The notes under the pieces are model-generated. The model saw only the letters and a list, made by a program, of their open reading frames with translations. It was not told the DNA's origin and made no database searches. Positions 21,156 to 30,736 of a stretch of DNA of 64,000 nucleotides are shown here, in pieces (within the stretch, counting starts at the first letter, position 1; each line of letters starts with the position of its first letter). The stretch spans positions 9,410 through 73,409 of the forward strand of contig JALSRD010000006.1 of assembly GCA_026984935.1 (NCBI GenBank), read 5' to 3'. Both the position numbers and the translations under genes were made by a program. Source of the DNA: Desulfobacterales bacterium (GTDB taxonomy: Bacteria; Desulfobacterota; Desulfobacteria; Desulfobacterales; JALSRD01).

Positions 21156-21204
21156 GTTCGGCCGCAGCGTTCAGCATGCACGTCATTCAAACAGGAGAGG
21201 GCCG

Positions 21205-21552
21205 ATGCAGATCGAAATCGAAAAACAGGACGGCGTCGCCGTCGTCAGGGCGTTGGAAAAACGGATTGACGCCAGTTTGTCCGGTGAATTCAAGGCCAAA
21301 CTCTTGGAGGCGATCCGGGAAGGCAACAAACGGATCGTACTTGATATTTCGATGGTGGAATTCATCGACAGCAGCGGGCTGGGGGCGATCATTTCCGGCC
21401 TCAAAGCCGTGGGGGAAGACGGTAAACTGGTGGTTTCCGGCAGTACGGAAAACGTGCGCTCCATGTTCAGATTGACCCGCATGGACCGCATCTTTTCCAT
21501 ATATGACACCGAACAGGAAGCCGTGCATGCTCTGACCGCCGATAACGGATGA
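21205..21552 (+). CDS. STAS-domain anti-sigma factor antagonist (RsbV/SpoIIAA-like)
   Basis: LDISMVEFIDSSGLG phospho-Ser motif, FRLTRMD; 115 aa. Confidence 0.93.
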   Translation: MQIEIEKQDGVAVVRALEKRIDASLSGEFKAKLLEAIREGNKRIVLDISMVEFIDSSGLGAIISGLKAVGEDGKLVVSGSTENVRSMFRLTRMDRIFSIYDTEQEAVHALTADNG

Positions 21553-21599
21553 ATGCGCATACCCGCATGTGCTGCCGGCATGCGTGAGGAAGTACGTTT

Positions 21600-24059
21600 A
21601 TGGGATGTGAAAGCGATAGCCGTCTGCCGGAAACCGCGGATGAATTTAAAAACGCCATCTGCCGGCACCTGAAAGACACCCTGGGCCAATACTGGGAGCA
21701 GGCTGCGGACAGGGAACTCTTCTGGGCCGGATCGCTGGCGGTGCGCGACATCCTGATCGAGAAGATGCTGCAGACCGAAGCGCGCTACCGCGATGCCGAT
21801 GCCAAGCGGCTTTACTACCTTTCCATGGAGTTTTTAATCGGTCGTTCACTGGGGAAAAACCTCTATAATCTTGGGATCCTGGCACCGTTTGCCGAAGCCC
21901 TGCAGGCCCTGGACCGCGATCTGGAGAAAATCCGGGACTGCGAACGCGATGCCGCACTGGGAAACGGCGGGCTGGGCCGGCTGGCGGCCTGTTTTCTGGA
22001 CTCGCTGGCAACCATGGATATGCCCGGTTTCGGATACGGCATCAACTACCAGTACGGACTCTTCAAGCAGGAAATCGACAACGGCTACCAGAAGGAGAAA
22101 CTGGACAACTGGCTGGTGCACGGCAGCCCCTGGCAGATTGAGCGGCCGGAGCGCGCTTGTATCATACCGATTTACGGGCGAATCGAACATGCACAGGATG
22201 TAAACGGCGCCTACAACCCCATGTGGTTGGACTGGCAGCTCATCATCGGCGTGCCCCATGACATGCTGATTGCCGGCTACGGCGGCCGCAGTGTCAATTT
22301 CCTGCGGCTCTACTCGGCACGTGCATCCGATGAGTTCGACATGCAGATATTCAACCGCGGGGACTATATTCGCGCCGTGGAACGGAAGGTGGCTTCGGAA
22401 ACGGTGACCAAAGTGCTGTATCCCGCCGATGACATCGAAGCCGGCCGCGAACTGCGCCTGATCCAGGAGTATTTCTTCGTGGCCTGCGCGCTGCGCGACA
22501 TCATGCGGCGCTATACGCAAAAGCATACGACATTTGACCCCTTTACGCACAAGGTGGCCATCCAGCTCAACGACACGCACCCTGCGCTGGCGATCGCCGA
22601 ACTGATGCGCATGCTCGTGGATGAACACCAGGTGCCCTGGGAGGAAGCCTGGCGGATCAGCTGCGGGACCTTCGCCTATACCAACCACACCCTGCTTGCG
22701 GAAGCCCTGGAAAAATGGCCCGTCGAACTGTTGGCGCGTGTGCTGCCGCGCCACCTGCAGATCATCTATGAGATCAACCGCCGTTTTCTGGAACAGGTGG
22801 CGCAGAAATGGCCTGCTGATAACCAGCGCCTGCGGCGTCTGTCGCTCATCGAGGAAAGTTCGCCCAAGCAGGTGCGCATGGCACATCTGGCCATCGTCGG
22901 CAGCCATACCGTAAACGGCGTGGCCGCCCTGCACAGCCGGCTGCTTAAGGAAAACCTGTTTCCGGATTTCAATGCCCTGTGGCCGCAAAAGTTTACCAAC
23001 AAAACCAACGGCATCACGCCGCGGCGTTGGCTGCTCAAGGCCAATCCGCACCTGTCGCGGCTGATTTCAGCACACATTGGCCGGGGCTGGGTGCGTGATC
23101 TGGAACGTCTGCGCGACCTGGAACCACTGGCCGCGGATGCCGGGTTTCGGGCGGACTTCGAGCGCATCAAGCGCCGCAACAAGGAACACTTGGCCGCGGT
23201 GATATTTGAAACCACGCGTGTGCGTGTGGACCCCGGGTCGCTTTTCGACATCCAGGCCAAACGGATCCATGAGTACAAGCGCCAGCTGCTCAAGGTGATG
23301 AGCATCGTGCAGCGCTACCTGGCCATCGTGGAGCAAAGCCGCCTGCCGCAGGTGGTGCGCACGTTCATTTTTGCGGGCAAGGCCGCGCCCGGGTACACGG
23401 CTGCCAAGCGCATGATCAAACTGATCAACAGCGTGGCACAGACCGTGAACCGGGACCCGCGCGTCAAGGGCCTCCTGAAGGTGGTATTTATTCCCGATTA
23501 CCGGGTTTCACTGGCCGAAAAGATCATTCCGGCCGCCGATCTGAGTGAGCAGATTTCCACGGCCGGCAAGGAAGCCTCGGGCACGGGAAACATGAAATTT
23601 GCCTTGAATGGAGCCCTGACGGTGGGGACCCTGGACGGCGCCAACATCGAAATCATGGAAGAGGTGGGGGCCGAGAACATCTTTATCTTCGGCCTGCGAG
23701 CCGAGCAGATCCGGCAGATGCGCGCCCGGGGTACCTACAATCCCTGGGACTACTATTTGGCCGATGAAGATATCCGACAGGTCGTGGACGCCTTTGCCGG
23801 GAAACGCTTCTGTCCTGACGAACCCGGTCTCTTCCGCCCGGTTTTCGACGCGCTTTTGCACCAGGGGGATGTCTATTTTCACCTGGCCGATTTCGGCCCC
23901 TATATTGAAACCGAGCGTCGCATCGATGACGGTTTTGCCGATAAAGCGGCCTGGACGCGCAAGGCCGTGCTGAATGTCGCGCGCATGGGAAAATTTTCGT
24001 CCGATCGCACGATATCCGAATATGCGCACGACATCTGGAATCTTAAGCCCGTCCAGTAA
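21600..24059 (+). CDS. glgP: Glycogen/alpha-glucan phosphorylase
   Basis: YYLSMEF, LGNGGLGRLAACFLDS, QLNDTHP, KRIHEYKRQLL, EASGTGNMK (PLP Lys), FSSDRTI. Confidence 0.97.
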   Translation: MGCESDSRLPETADEFKNAICRHLKDTLGQYWEQAADRELFWAGSLAVRDILIEKMLQTEARYRDADAKRLYYLSMEFLIGRSLGKNLYNLGILAPFAEALQALDRDLEKIRDCERDAALGNGGLGRLAACFLDSLATMDMPGFGYGINYQYGLFKQEIDNGYQKEKLDNWLVHGSPWQIERPERACIIPIYGRIEHAQDVNGAYNPMWLDWQLIIGVPHDMLIAGYGGRSVNFLRLYSARASDEFDMQIFNRGDYIRAVERKVASETVTKVLYPADDIEAGRELRLIQEYFFVACALRDIMRRYTQKHTTFDPFTHKVAIQLNDTHPALAIAELMRMLVDEHQVPWEEAWRISCGTFAYTNHTLLAEALEKWPVELLARVLPRHLQIIYEINRRFLEQVAQKWPADNQRLRRLSLIEESSPKQVRMAHLAIVGSHTVNGVAALHSRLLKENLFPDFNALWPQKFTNKTNGITPRRWLLKANPHLSRLISAHIGRGWVRDLERLRDLEPLAADAGFRADFERIKRRNKEHLAAVIFETTRVRVDPGSLFDIQAKRIHEYKRQLLKVMSIVQRYLAIVEQSRLPQVVRTFIFAGKAAPGYTAAKRMIKLINSVAQTVNRDPRVKGLLKVVFIPDYRVSLAEKIIPAADLSEQISTAGKEASGTGNMKFALNGALTVGTLDGANIEIMEEVGAENIFIFGLRAEQIRQMRARGTYNPWDYYLADEDIRQVVDAFAGKRFCPDEPGLFRPVFDALLHQGDVYFHLADFGPYIETERRIDDGFADKAAWTRKAVLNVARMGKFSSDRTISEYAHDIWNLKPVQ

Positions 24060-24112
24060 TGTCGGGAAGATGATATGCAGGCCGGCCGTAAGGCCGGCCG
24101 GGGAAACGTAGC

Positions 24113-24595
24113 GTGGGATTCAAAGCGCATACCAAGACATCTGTGGCGGCAATTGAGCTGAGCGCCGAACTGGAAATTACCAGCCGTGTGGATGAAGTGG
24201 CCCAGGTGCGGCGCTTTGTCAGGAAGCTCTGCCGGTCACTGCCCGACGGATGCCTGCACCGGGAGCGCATCAGCCAGATCGAGCTGGCCGTCACCGAGGT
24301 GGTGACCAACGTCATCCGGCACGCCTACGAAGGCGCCAGTGACCGCACCATCCACATCGCCGGTCAGGTGCGCGACGGGGTCCTGTCGCTGACATTCTAC
24401 GACCGCGGCAAGCGCTTCGATCCCGCCAGTGTGCCGCCGCCGTGTTTTGACGGTTCCAAAAGCGGCGGATTCGGGGTATATATCATTTCCCAGATTGCAG
24501 ACGAGATCGACTACAGCCGCGATGAAACGGGGCGCAACCGGACGTGCCTGAAAATCAGGCTCGGTGACGTGCAGACCGCTTCGCGAAACGGGTGA
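24113..24595 (+). CDS. Anti-sigma factor-type Ser/Thr kinase (RsbW/SpoIIAB-like HATPase)
   Basis: ELAVTEVVTNVIRHAY (N box), DRG (G1), GGFGVYII (G2). Confidence 0.9.
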   Translation: MGFKAHTKTSVAAIELSAELEITSRVDEVAQVRRFVRKLCRSLPDGCLHRERISQIELAVTEVVTNVIRHAYEGASDRTIHIAGQVRDGVLSLTFYDRGKRFDPASVPPPCFDGSKSGGFGVYIISQIADEIDYSRDETGRNRTCLKIRLGDVQTASRNG

Positions 24596-24613
24596 AAAGC
24601 CGGGGACGTTATC

Positions 24614-25684
24614 ATGGAAAAAGCCTTACGGCCTATGCACCGCCTGCTGGTTACCGGCGGATGCGGTTTCATCGGGACCAACTTTATCCGCTACCTGCTG
24701 CAGGACGCGGATTTCGACGGACAGATCGTCAATGTGGACAAGCTGACCTATGCCGGCAACCCGGAGAACCTCACCGATGTCGCCGCGCAGTATCCCCAAC
24801 GCTATGTCTTTGAACAGGCCGATATATGTGACTCCGAAGCGTTGAAGCGCATTTTCGATCGCTACAGTATCGACAGTATCTGCCATTTTGCCGCCGAGTC
24901 CCACGTGGACCGCTCCATCGTCGCCCCGGACGCCTTCATCCAGACCAACATCGTGGGGACGTTCAATCTGCTCGAGCTGGCACGCGCGTACCGCACACGC
25001 CTGGTGCTGTTCCATCACGTGAGTACAGACGAGGTCTTCGGCAGCCTCGGGGACCACGGTGCTTTCAGCGAAGACACGGCCTACCGGCCCAACAGCCCCT
25101 ACTCGGCCTCCAAGGCGGCCTCCGACCACCTGGTGCGCGCCTATCACAAGACTTACGGGTTGCCGGTGACCCTGTCCAACTGTTCCAATAACTACGGGCC
25201 GTACCAGTTCCCGGAAAAGCTGATCCCCTTGATGGTGCTGAATGCGCTGGCCGATCAGCCGTTGCCGGTATACGGGGACGGCCAGAATGTCCGCGACTGG
25301 CTGTACGTCCGGGACCACTGCACCGCCGTCTGGCGGATCATGCAGCGCGGCCGCGCCGGGCAGACTTACAACGTCGGGGGCGGCAGCGAAATGCGGAACA
25401 TCACCGTGGTGGAGATGGTCTGTGATATTCTCGATGAGCTGGTGCCGCCGCAAAACGGCCGCAGCCGCCGCGAACTGATCACCTTTGTTACCGACCGGCC
25501 GGGCCACGACCGCCGCTATGCCATCGATTTTACACGTATCAGGGAGAAGCTGAACTGGCAGCCCGAAGAGTCTTTCGCATCGGGGCTGCGGAAAACCATC
25601 ACGTGGTATCTGGATCAGCGCTGGTGGGTGGAGCGGGTTAAAAGCGGCCAGTACCGGGAGTGGATCAAACAGCAGTATCACTAG
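24614..25684 (+). CDS. rfbB: dTDP-glucose 4,6-dehydratase
   Basis: VTGGCGFIG, DKLTYAGN, AAESHVDRSI, STDEV, YSASK, QFPEKLIP, DRPGHDRRY. Confidence 0.96.
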   Translation: MEKALRPMHRLLVTGGCGFIGTNFIRYLLQDADFDGQIVNVDKLTYAGNPENLTDVAAQYPQRYVFEQADICDSEALKRIFDRYSIDSICHFAAESHVDRSIVAPDAFIQTNIVGTFNLLELARAYRTRLVLFHHVSTDEVFGSLGDHGAFSEDTAYRPNSPYSASKAASDHLVRAYHKTYGLPVTLSNCSNNYGPYQFPEKLIPLMVLNALADQPLPVYGDGQNVRDWLYVRDHCTAVWRIMQRGRAGQTYNVGGGSEMRNITVVEMVCDILDELVPPQNGRSRRELITFVTDRPGHDRRYAIDFTRIREKLNWQPEESFASGLRKTITWYLDQRWWVERVKSGQYREWIKQQYH

Positions 25685-25708
25685 CCGCAAGCTGACCGCC
25701 GGGAAGGG

Positions 25709-27763
25709 GTGCCGGCAGCGGCAAATTGCAGCGCGGTAGCGCGATGGGAGTTTGAACGACACGTGGAACAGAACGTCAGGTCATTGCTGCCTTCCAGAGA
25801 GCAGGTCGAAAGTGTACTGGGCCGGCGGGTGAATGAGCTGCCCCCTTTCCCCCTGGTCGCGCTGAAGCTGCTGGAAATCACCCGTGACGACCGTAAGTCA
25901 TCCGCCGATATCGCCAGGGTGGTCGAGGCCGACCCCTCCATCGCCGCCAAGACGCTGCGGATTGTCAATTCGGCGGCATACGGCGCACTGCGCCAGATCT
26001 CCTCCATCAAGCATGCGGTGGTACTGCTGGGGGTGCTTGAGATTCGCGCCATTGCGCTGGCCGTCACGTTGTTTGAAAATATCGTGCGGCCCGGACACGG
26101 TGCTGCATTTGACCGTGTTTTTTTCTGGAAGCACTCGATCTGCATGGCGGCGCTTTGCCGGGCCATGGCCCAGGAACTGCGCTTTCCGGATCCCGAGGAA
26201 GCTTACGTCGCCGGTTTGCTGCATGACATCGGCAAGGTGATTATCGATTCCTATGGCAAGGTGCGCTACGGTGCCTTCATTGCCGCCGCCCAAGATCACA
26301 ACGGCGCTCTGGTCGATCAGGAGGACCGCCTGATCGGCCTGCGCCACGACGATGCCGGCGCCTATTTCTGTGATGCCTGGCAGATGCCCGAACGCCTGGT
26401 GCGCGCTATTTTGCTGCACCACCGGCGTTTCGGCCATCTCAAGCTCAACCAGGAAGATGCCACGCTGGTATCCGTGGTGGCGCTGTCCGATTTTATCACC
26501 TGGAACCAGGGTGTCGGGTCGGTCAACACGCCGCGCCAGCCAGTGCTGAGCCCGGAAGTGGCCTCCCACGTACGGCTGGATCAGCTGGATCTTCAGAGCC
26601 TGATGGCCCGTATGGACCGGGAAATGCGGAGTACGGCGGATTATTACGGTTTCGGCTTCCCGTCTTCGGAAAACTTCCGTGAGAGTCTGCTGCGGGCCAA
26701 CATCGACCTGGGCCAGAAAAACGCACGCTATTTTCAGCTGCACGGGAACCTGAAAAAGGAGCTGGAGACCTTTTCACGCCTCAAAGAGAGTATCACCCGG
26801 CCGCATCGCAGCCTGGACCCCAAAGCCATTTTATCCGGCACCCTGGAAACCATTCAGCAGAGTTTTGACTTCGACCGTGTTTTTGCCATGAAAGTGGACC
26901 CGGTCCACCGCCACCTGACGATCGTCCAGGCAATGGACCGCACGAACCTGGATGTCGATCTGGAGCGCCTGCGGATACGGCTGGATTCGTCCGCCAGCGG
27001 ATTTATCGACTGCCTGCGCAGCCACGTCCCCATATTGATCAGCGGCCGTACACCGGACGAGGTCCGGGCGCTGGAGTCGTTAAAAGTCACTGAGCTGGGG
27101 GTGGTTCCCGTTGCCAGCAACAATAAGATCGTCGGTATTATCGGTGTGGACAATGCGGCTTCACAGGATCCGCTGCAGCTGTCCGACCTGTCCGCCGTGG
27201 CCATCGTCACCAACGAACTGGGTATTGCGCTGGCAAACGCCAAAACCGTCGAGGAGATCAAAACCCGCGCCAGTCGCGACGGGCTGACCAACGTGTACAA
27301 CCGGGCATCCATCGACACCTTTCTTAAGGAGGCCTTCAAGGCTGCGCAAAGCGGTGAAACCCGCCTGTCGCTGGCCATGATCGACGTGGACCATTTCAAG
27401 CGTTTCAATGACAGCTTCGGCCACCTGGCCGGGGACAGCATTCTCAAGCTGGTGGCCGGGACGCTGACTAAATTTTCGCGATCCACCCAGATCGTGGGAC
27501 GCTACGGCGGCGAGGAGTTTTTGTGCGTGTTAAACGGCACCGATCTCGAGGCGGCGCTCAATTACGGCGAACGCATGCGCCGCAAAGTAGAGGATCTGGG
27601 CCATCTGCTGATCAAACGCTTTCCGGGTTACCAACTGAGCATCAGTGTGGGTGTGGCGGCCTACGAACCCGAAGTTAAAAGCCCCGCAGCGCTGATTGAC
27701 CGCGCCGACCGTGCCATGTATCAGGCCAAACAGGGTGGGCGTAACCGGGTGATGCAGGCCTGA
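25709..27763 (+). CDS. HDOD-GAF-GGDEF diguanylate cyclase
   Basis: HDOD (LPPFP, DPSIAAKTLRIVNS, GLLHDIGK), GAF-like middle, DGLT, DVDHFK, ND..GH..GD, RYGGEEF; start uncertain. Confidence 0.9.
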   Translation: MPAAANCSAVARWEFERHVEQNVRSLLPSREQVESVLGRRVNELPPFPLVALKLLEITRDDRKSSADIARVVEADPSIAAKTLRIVNSAAYGALRQISSIKHAVVLLGVLEIRAIALAVTLFENIVRPGHGAAFDRVFFWKHSICMAALCRAMAQELRFPDPEEAYVAGLLHDIGKVIIDSYGKVRYGAFIAAAQDHNGALVDQEDRLIGLRHDDAGAYFCDAWQMPERLVRAILLHHRRFGHLKLNQEDATLVSVVALSDFITWNQGVGSVNTPRQPVLSPEVASHVRLDQLDLQSLMARMDREMRSTADYYGFGFPSSENFRESLLRANIDLGQKNARYFQLHGNLKKELETFSRLKESITRPHRSLDPKAILSGTLETIQQSFDFDRVFAMKVDPVHRHLTIVQAMDRTNLDVDLERLRIRLDSSASGFIDCLRSHVPILISGRTPDEVRALESLKVTELGVVPVASNNKIVGIIGVDNAASQDPLQLSDLSAVAIVTNELGIALANAKTVEEIKTRASRDGLTNVYNRASIDTFLKEAFKAAQSGETRLSLAMIDVDHFKRFNDSFGHLAGDSILKLVAGTLTKFSRSTQIVGRYGGEEFLCVLNGTDLEAALNYGERMRRKVEDLGHLLIKRFPGYQLSISVGVAAYEPEVKSPAALIDRADRAMYQAKQGGRNRVMQA

Positions 27764-27837
27764 TGTGCTGCCGGCGGATTGCCCCGGCACAGCATTTTCA
27801 GCTGTAATTTGGCAGGATTTGAAGCACCCGGGAAGGC

Positions 27838-29007
27838 TCAGAGCAGCTTGACGATCAACGGAATGGCCACGAAGGTTCCCAGCGAACTGCCGATGTTGGT
27901 GAAAACGACCACCAGCAGGATGCGCGTAACGTTGTTTTTCCAGAACCCGCGCACCGAGAGGATATCTTCCGGCAGCCTTTCGAAATCCCGGACTTTGGGG
28001 CGGCGCGAAAAGGCCTCGACAAGCCCCGACACCCAACCTGCGGCGATCATGGGGTTCAGCGATGTGAGCGGCGCCGCCACCACCGACGAGAGAATCGTCA
28101 GCGGATGCGCCAGGGCGATCACGGCGCCCAGCCCGGCCAGCGCCCCGTTGGCCACCACCCACCAGACCAGCATGTGCGTGCCGGTGTGGGATCCGCCCCA
28201 GAAAAAACCCAGGCCGAAAAGGGTCAAAATGGCCAGTGGAATGGCCCATTTCAGGACATGCAGCAGTTTGCCGGGCGGCGGTACGCGCTCCAGATCGTCC
28301 ACATTCACGGGTGTTTCCCAATATTTGGCGATGCCGGGCACATGGCCGGCGCCCACAACTGCAACCACCCGTTGGCCGGGTGCTGTGCGGATTTTATACG
28401 CCAGGTAGCGGTCCCTTTCATCGATCAGGATCTTTTTGAGCTGTGGCATGGACTGGCCCACTTCGGCCAGGATGGATTCGAGCATATCCTGCTCTTTCAT
28501 CTTTTCCACGTCTTCGGCCTCGATGTCATTTACCTCGGTAAAGGACAAGAGCAGCTGAAAGAGGAGCTTGATTTTCTGCGTGAAACGCATGCTGCGCCAG
28601 GTGCGTGAGAGGGTCACCCGGATGTCGCGGTCGGCCAGGTGAATATGGGCGCCGATGGCCTGGCCGCTTTCAATGGCCGCCAGCATTTCTTCACCGGGCT
28701 TGACATCCAGTTTTTTGGCGATGCGTTTCTGAAACGAGGCCAGCAGCAGATTGGACAGGAGCAGAAAAGCCTTTTTCTCCTTGATGACCTTGATGATGTC
28801 GGTTTCCTGCCAGGTTTTCTGCTGCAAAATGGCCTCGTACCGTGACGGACACAGCTCCACGCAGACCGTATCCGGCTTTTCGGCATCGATGAGCGACTTG
28901 ACCAGCGTCACGCTTTCGCGCGATACGTGGGCCGTGCCGATCAGAATCACCTGCTGCCCGGCGGGAGTCTTCAGGCGGGTCACATTGCGGTTGTCTGTTG
29001 CACACAT
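27838..29007 (-). CDS. TraB/GumN (pheromone-shutdown PrgY-like) family membrane protein
   Basis: LIGTAHVS, VCVEL, PGEEM, LADR, LIDERD, VVGAGHVPGI, C-terminal TM helices; start set at MCATDN. Confidence 0.88.
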   Translation of the reverse strand: MCATDNRNVTRLKTPAGQQVILIGTAHVSRESVTLVKSLIDAEKPDTVCVELCPSRYEAILQQKTWQETDIIKVIKEKKAFLLLSNLLLASFQKRIAKKLDVKPGEEMLAAIESGQAIGAHIHLADRDIRVTLSRTWRSMRFTQKIKLLFQLLLSFTEVNDIEAEDVEKMKEQDMLESILAEVGQSMPQLKKILIDERDRYLAYKIRTAPGQRVVAVVGAGHVPGIAKYWETPVNVDDLERVPPPGKLLHVLKWAIPLAILTLFGLGFFWGGSHTGTHMLVWWVVANGALAGLGAVIALAHPLTILSSVVAAPLTSLNPMIAAGWVSGLVEAFSRRPKVRDFERLPEDILSVRGFWKNNVTRILLVVVFTNIGSSLGTFVAIPLIVKLL

Positions 29008-29044
29008 TCGGTATATACTCTCTTTAAAATTCGGGTAAACCCAA

Positions 29045-29246
29045 TTGATGATTTCGTAAAAGTTCGGACTTTTCGCCTGCGCAGGCCTTTTCGGGGGCTG
29101 TGCAGCCAGCCGCGTACCGAATTCCGGGAACGGCGTCGTTACGCTCCTCAAAACAGCTTGGGATGGTTGACGCGCAACGATGCGCAGCGCTTTGCGACAA
29201 AAAGCCCTGAAATCCGCTCGAAACCGACTTTTTACGAGCCTGTCAA
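29045..29246. mobile_element. MITE-like non-autonomous element with imperfect terminal inverted repeats
   Basis: Left TTGATGATTTCGTAAAAGTTCG vs reverse complement of right end TTGACAGGCTCGTAAAAAGTCG; CAATTGA at both junctions; nested inner stems; no real ORF. Confidence 0.55.
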
Positions 29247-29356
29247 TTGATATGGACCATAAATTACGGTGGTAGCCCGGTGAACCTATTATACCCCGGC
29301 CTTCAATGCAACCCAAATCGCGGCTGCCGGCAGCCGCTGCGTCCGGGAGGTGTCCC

Positions 29357-30178
29357 ATGACAGGCGGCGCATCCCCTGCGCTGCCCGGCGGTAACTTCAT
29401 TATCGCCGCGGAACCCTACTATCTTGAGACCGGTGATGAGGTGCGCACGTTCCGGGCGGCCGCGGCCGCCCGGCTGCCGGTGATGCTCAAGGGCCCTACG
29501 GGTTGCGGCAAGACCCGTTTCGTCGAATACATGGCCTATCAGCTGAAGCGCCCGCTGATCACGGTGGCCTGCCACGAGGACCTGTTTGCCTCGGACCTGA
29601 TTGGACGCTACCTGCTGAAAGATGACGAAACCGTGTGGATGGACGGCCCTCTGACCCAGGCCGTACGCATGGGCGCCATCTGCTATCTCGACGAAATCGT
29701 GGAGGCCCGCAAGGACACGACGGTGGTCATCCACCCGCTGACCGACAGCCGCCGCTGCCTGAACATCGACAAGAAGGGCGAGGTGCTGCGGGCGCACCCT
29801 GATTTTTTGATGGTTATCTCTTACAATCCCGGCTACCAGTCGGTTTTAAAGGACCTGAAGCAGAGTACACGCCAGCGCTTTGTGGCGCTGCAGTTCGACT
29901 ATCCCGGGCCTTCCCAGGAAGCGGAAATCGTGGCCCGCGAAAGCGGAATCGACACGGGTATTGCCAGGCGCCTGGTGACCCTGGCCGCCAGGATCCGCAA
30001 CGTCCGCGAACAGGGCCTCGCCGAAGGCGTGAGCACACGGCTGTTGATCTACGCGGCCCTGCTGGTCAAAGACGGAATTCCCGTGTCGCGTGCCTGCCGC
30101 ACGGCGCTATGCCTGCCCATTACCGATGATGCGCGCCTTCAGGAAACCCTCGACGATCTGGTCTCGGACCTGTTTTGA
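29357..30178 (+). CDS. CbbQ/NirQ/NorQ/GpvN family AAA+ ATPase
   Basis: [51 protein letters not shown]; ATG at 29357 after GGAGG. Confidence 0.92.
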   Translation: MTGGASPALPGGNFIIAAEPYYLETGDEVRTFRAAAAARLPVMLKGPTGCGKTRFVEYMAYQLKRPLITVACHEDLFASDLIGRYLLKDDETVWMDGPLTQAVRMGAICYLDEIVEARKDTTVVIHPLTDSRRCLNIDKKGEVLRAHPDFLMVISYNPGYQSVLKDLKQSTRQRFVALQFDYPGPSQEAEIVARESGIDTGIARRLVTLAARIRNVREQGLAEGVSTRLLIYAALLVKDGIPVSRACRTALCLPITDDARLQETLDDLVSDLF

Positions 30179-30262
30179 GAAACGGCCGCATGTCTGCCAC
30201 ACGGCAGCCCGGAAAGGATCGCGGCTGCCGGCGTGCCGGGATCCATCGCAGAAAGAACCGCC

Positions 30263-30736
30263 ATGCTGATTTTCGATGATGTGTATGCCTGGGAAGGATG
30301 GGGCGGCGCCTTGCAGCTGCAGGCCGGCCGCTGCCGTTTGCGGATTTTTGATCTGCGCAAGGGGCCTTCCAAAAAAGTGGTGCTTTTCAAGCCTGTGATC
30401 GCACTGGTTTCCGAACTGCCGTCCGAAGCCGGCAAGAAAAAGAACTTTCTCTCCCTGCGCAGCTGCATCGGGCACATTGCCACGCGTGTCAGCGAGGAGT
30501 TCTCGCTGGATCCCCAGCGCACCATGTGGGTGGAGTACTATCCGGCGCGGCATTACGGGCCGAACAATGAAAAATGCATTCCCGAGCGCTTCGACCGGGT
30601 GCGGTTCAGATGGCGGGACGGCAAGGCGCTGCAGCCCGCCTGGGAGCCGCTGGAAGGGCCGCTGCGCGACATGCTGCGCCAGCTGCAGACCACCGGCCGG
30701 CTATCCAACAAACCCAATAACCCAATAACCCAATAA
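30263..30736 (+). CDS. Hypothetical protein
   Basis: Protein-like ORF (MLIFDDVYAWEGWGG...WVEYYP) downstream of the CbbQ-like gene; ends inside the tandem repeat. Confidence 0.75.
   Translation: MLIFDDVYAWEGWGGALQLQAGRCRLRIFDLRKGPSKKVVLFKPVIALVSELPSEAGKKKNFLSLRSCIGHIATRVSEEFSLDPQRTMWVEYYPARHYGPNNEKCIPERFDRVRFRWRDGKALQPAWEPLEGPLRDMLRQLQTTGRLSNKPNNPITQ

Noticed and set aside
27838-29007. Conjugation gene or integrated element
   Set aside because: TraB/PrgY-GumN family is a common chromosomal protein; no T4SS, relaxase or integrase nearby. The ORF-track extension to 29400 runs through the MITE-like element and is spurious.
29357-30178. Evidence for Calvin cycle or denitrification
   Set aside because: No Rubisco, nor or nir genes in the window; the ATPase family alone is not diagnostic.
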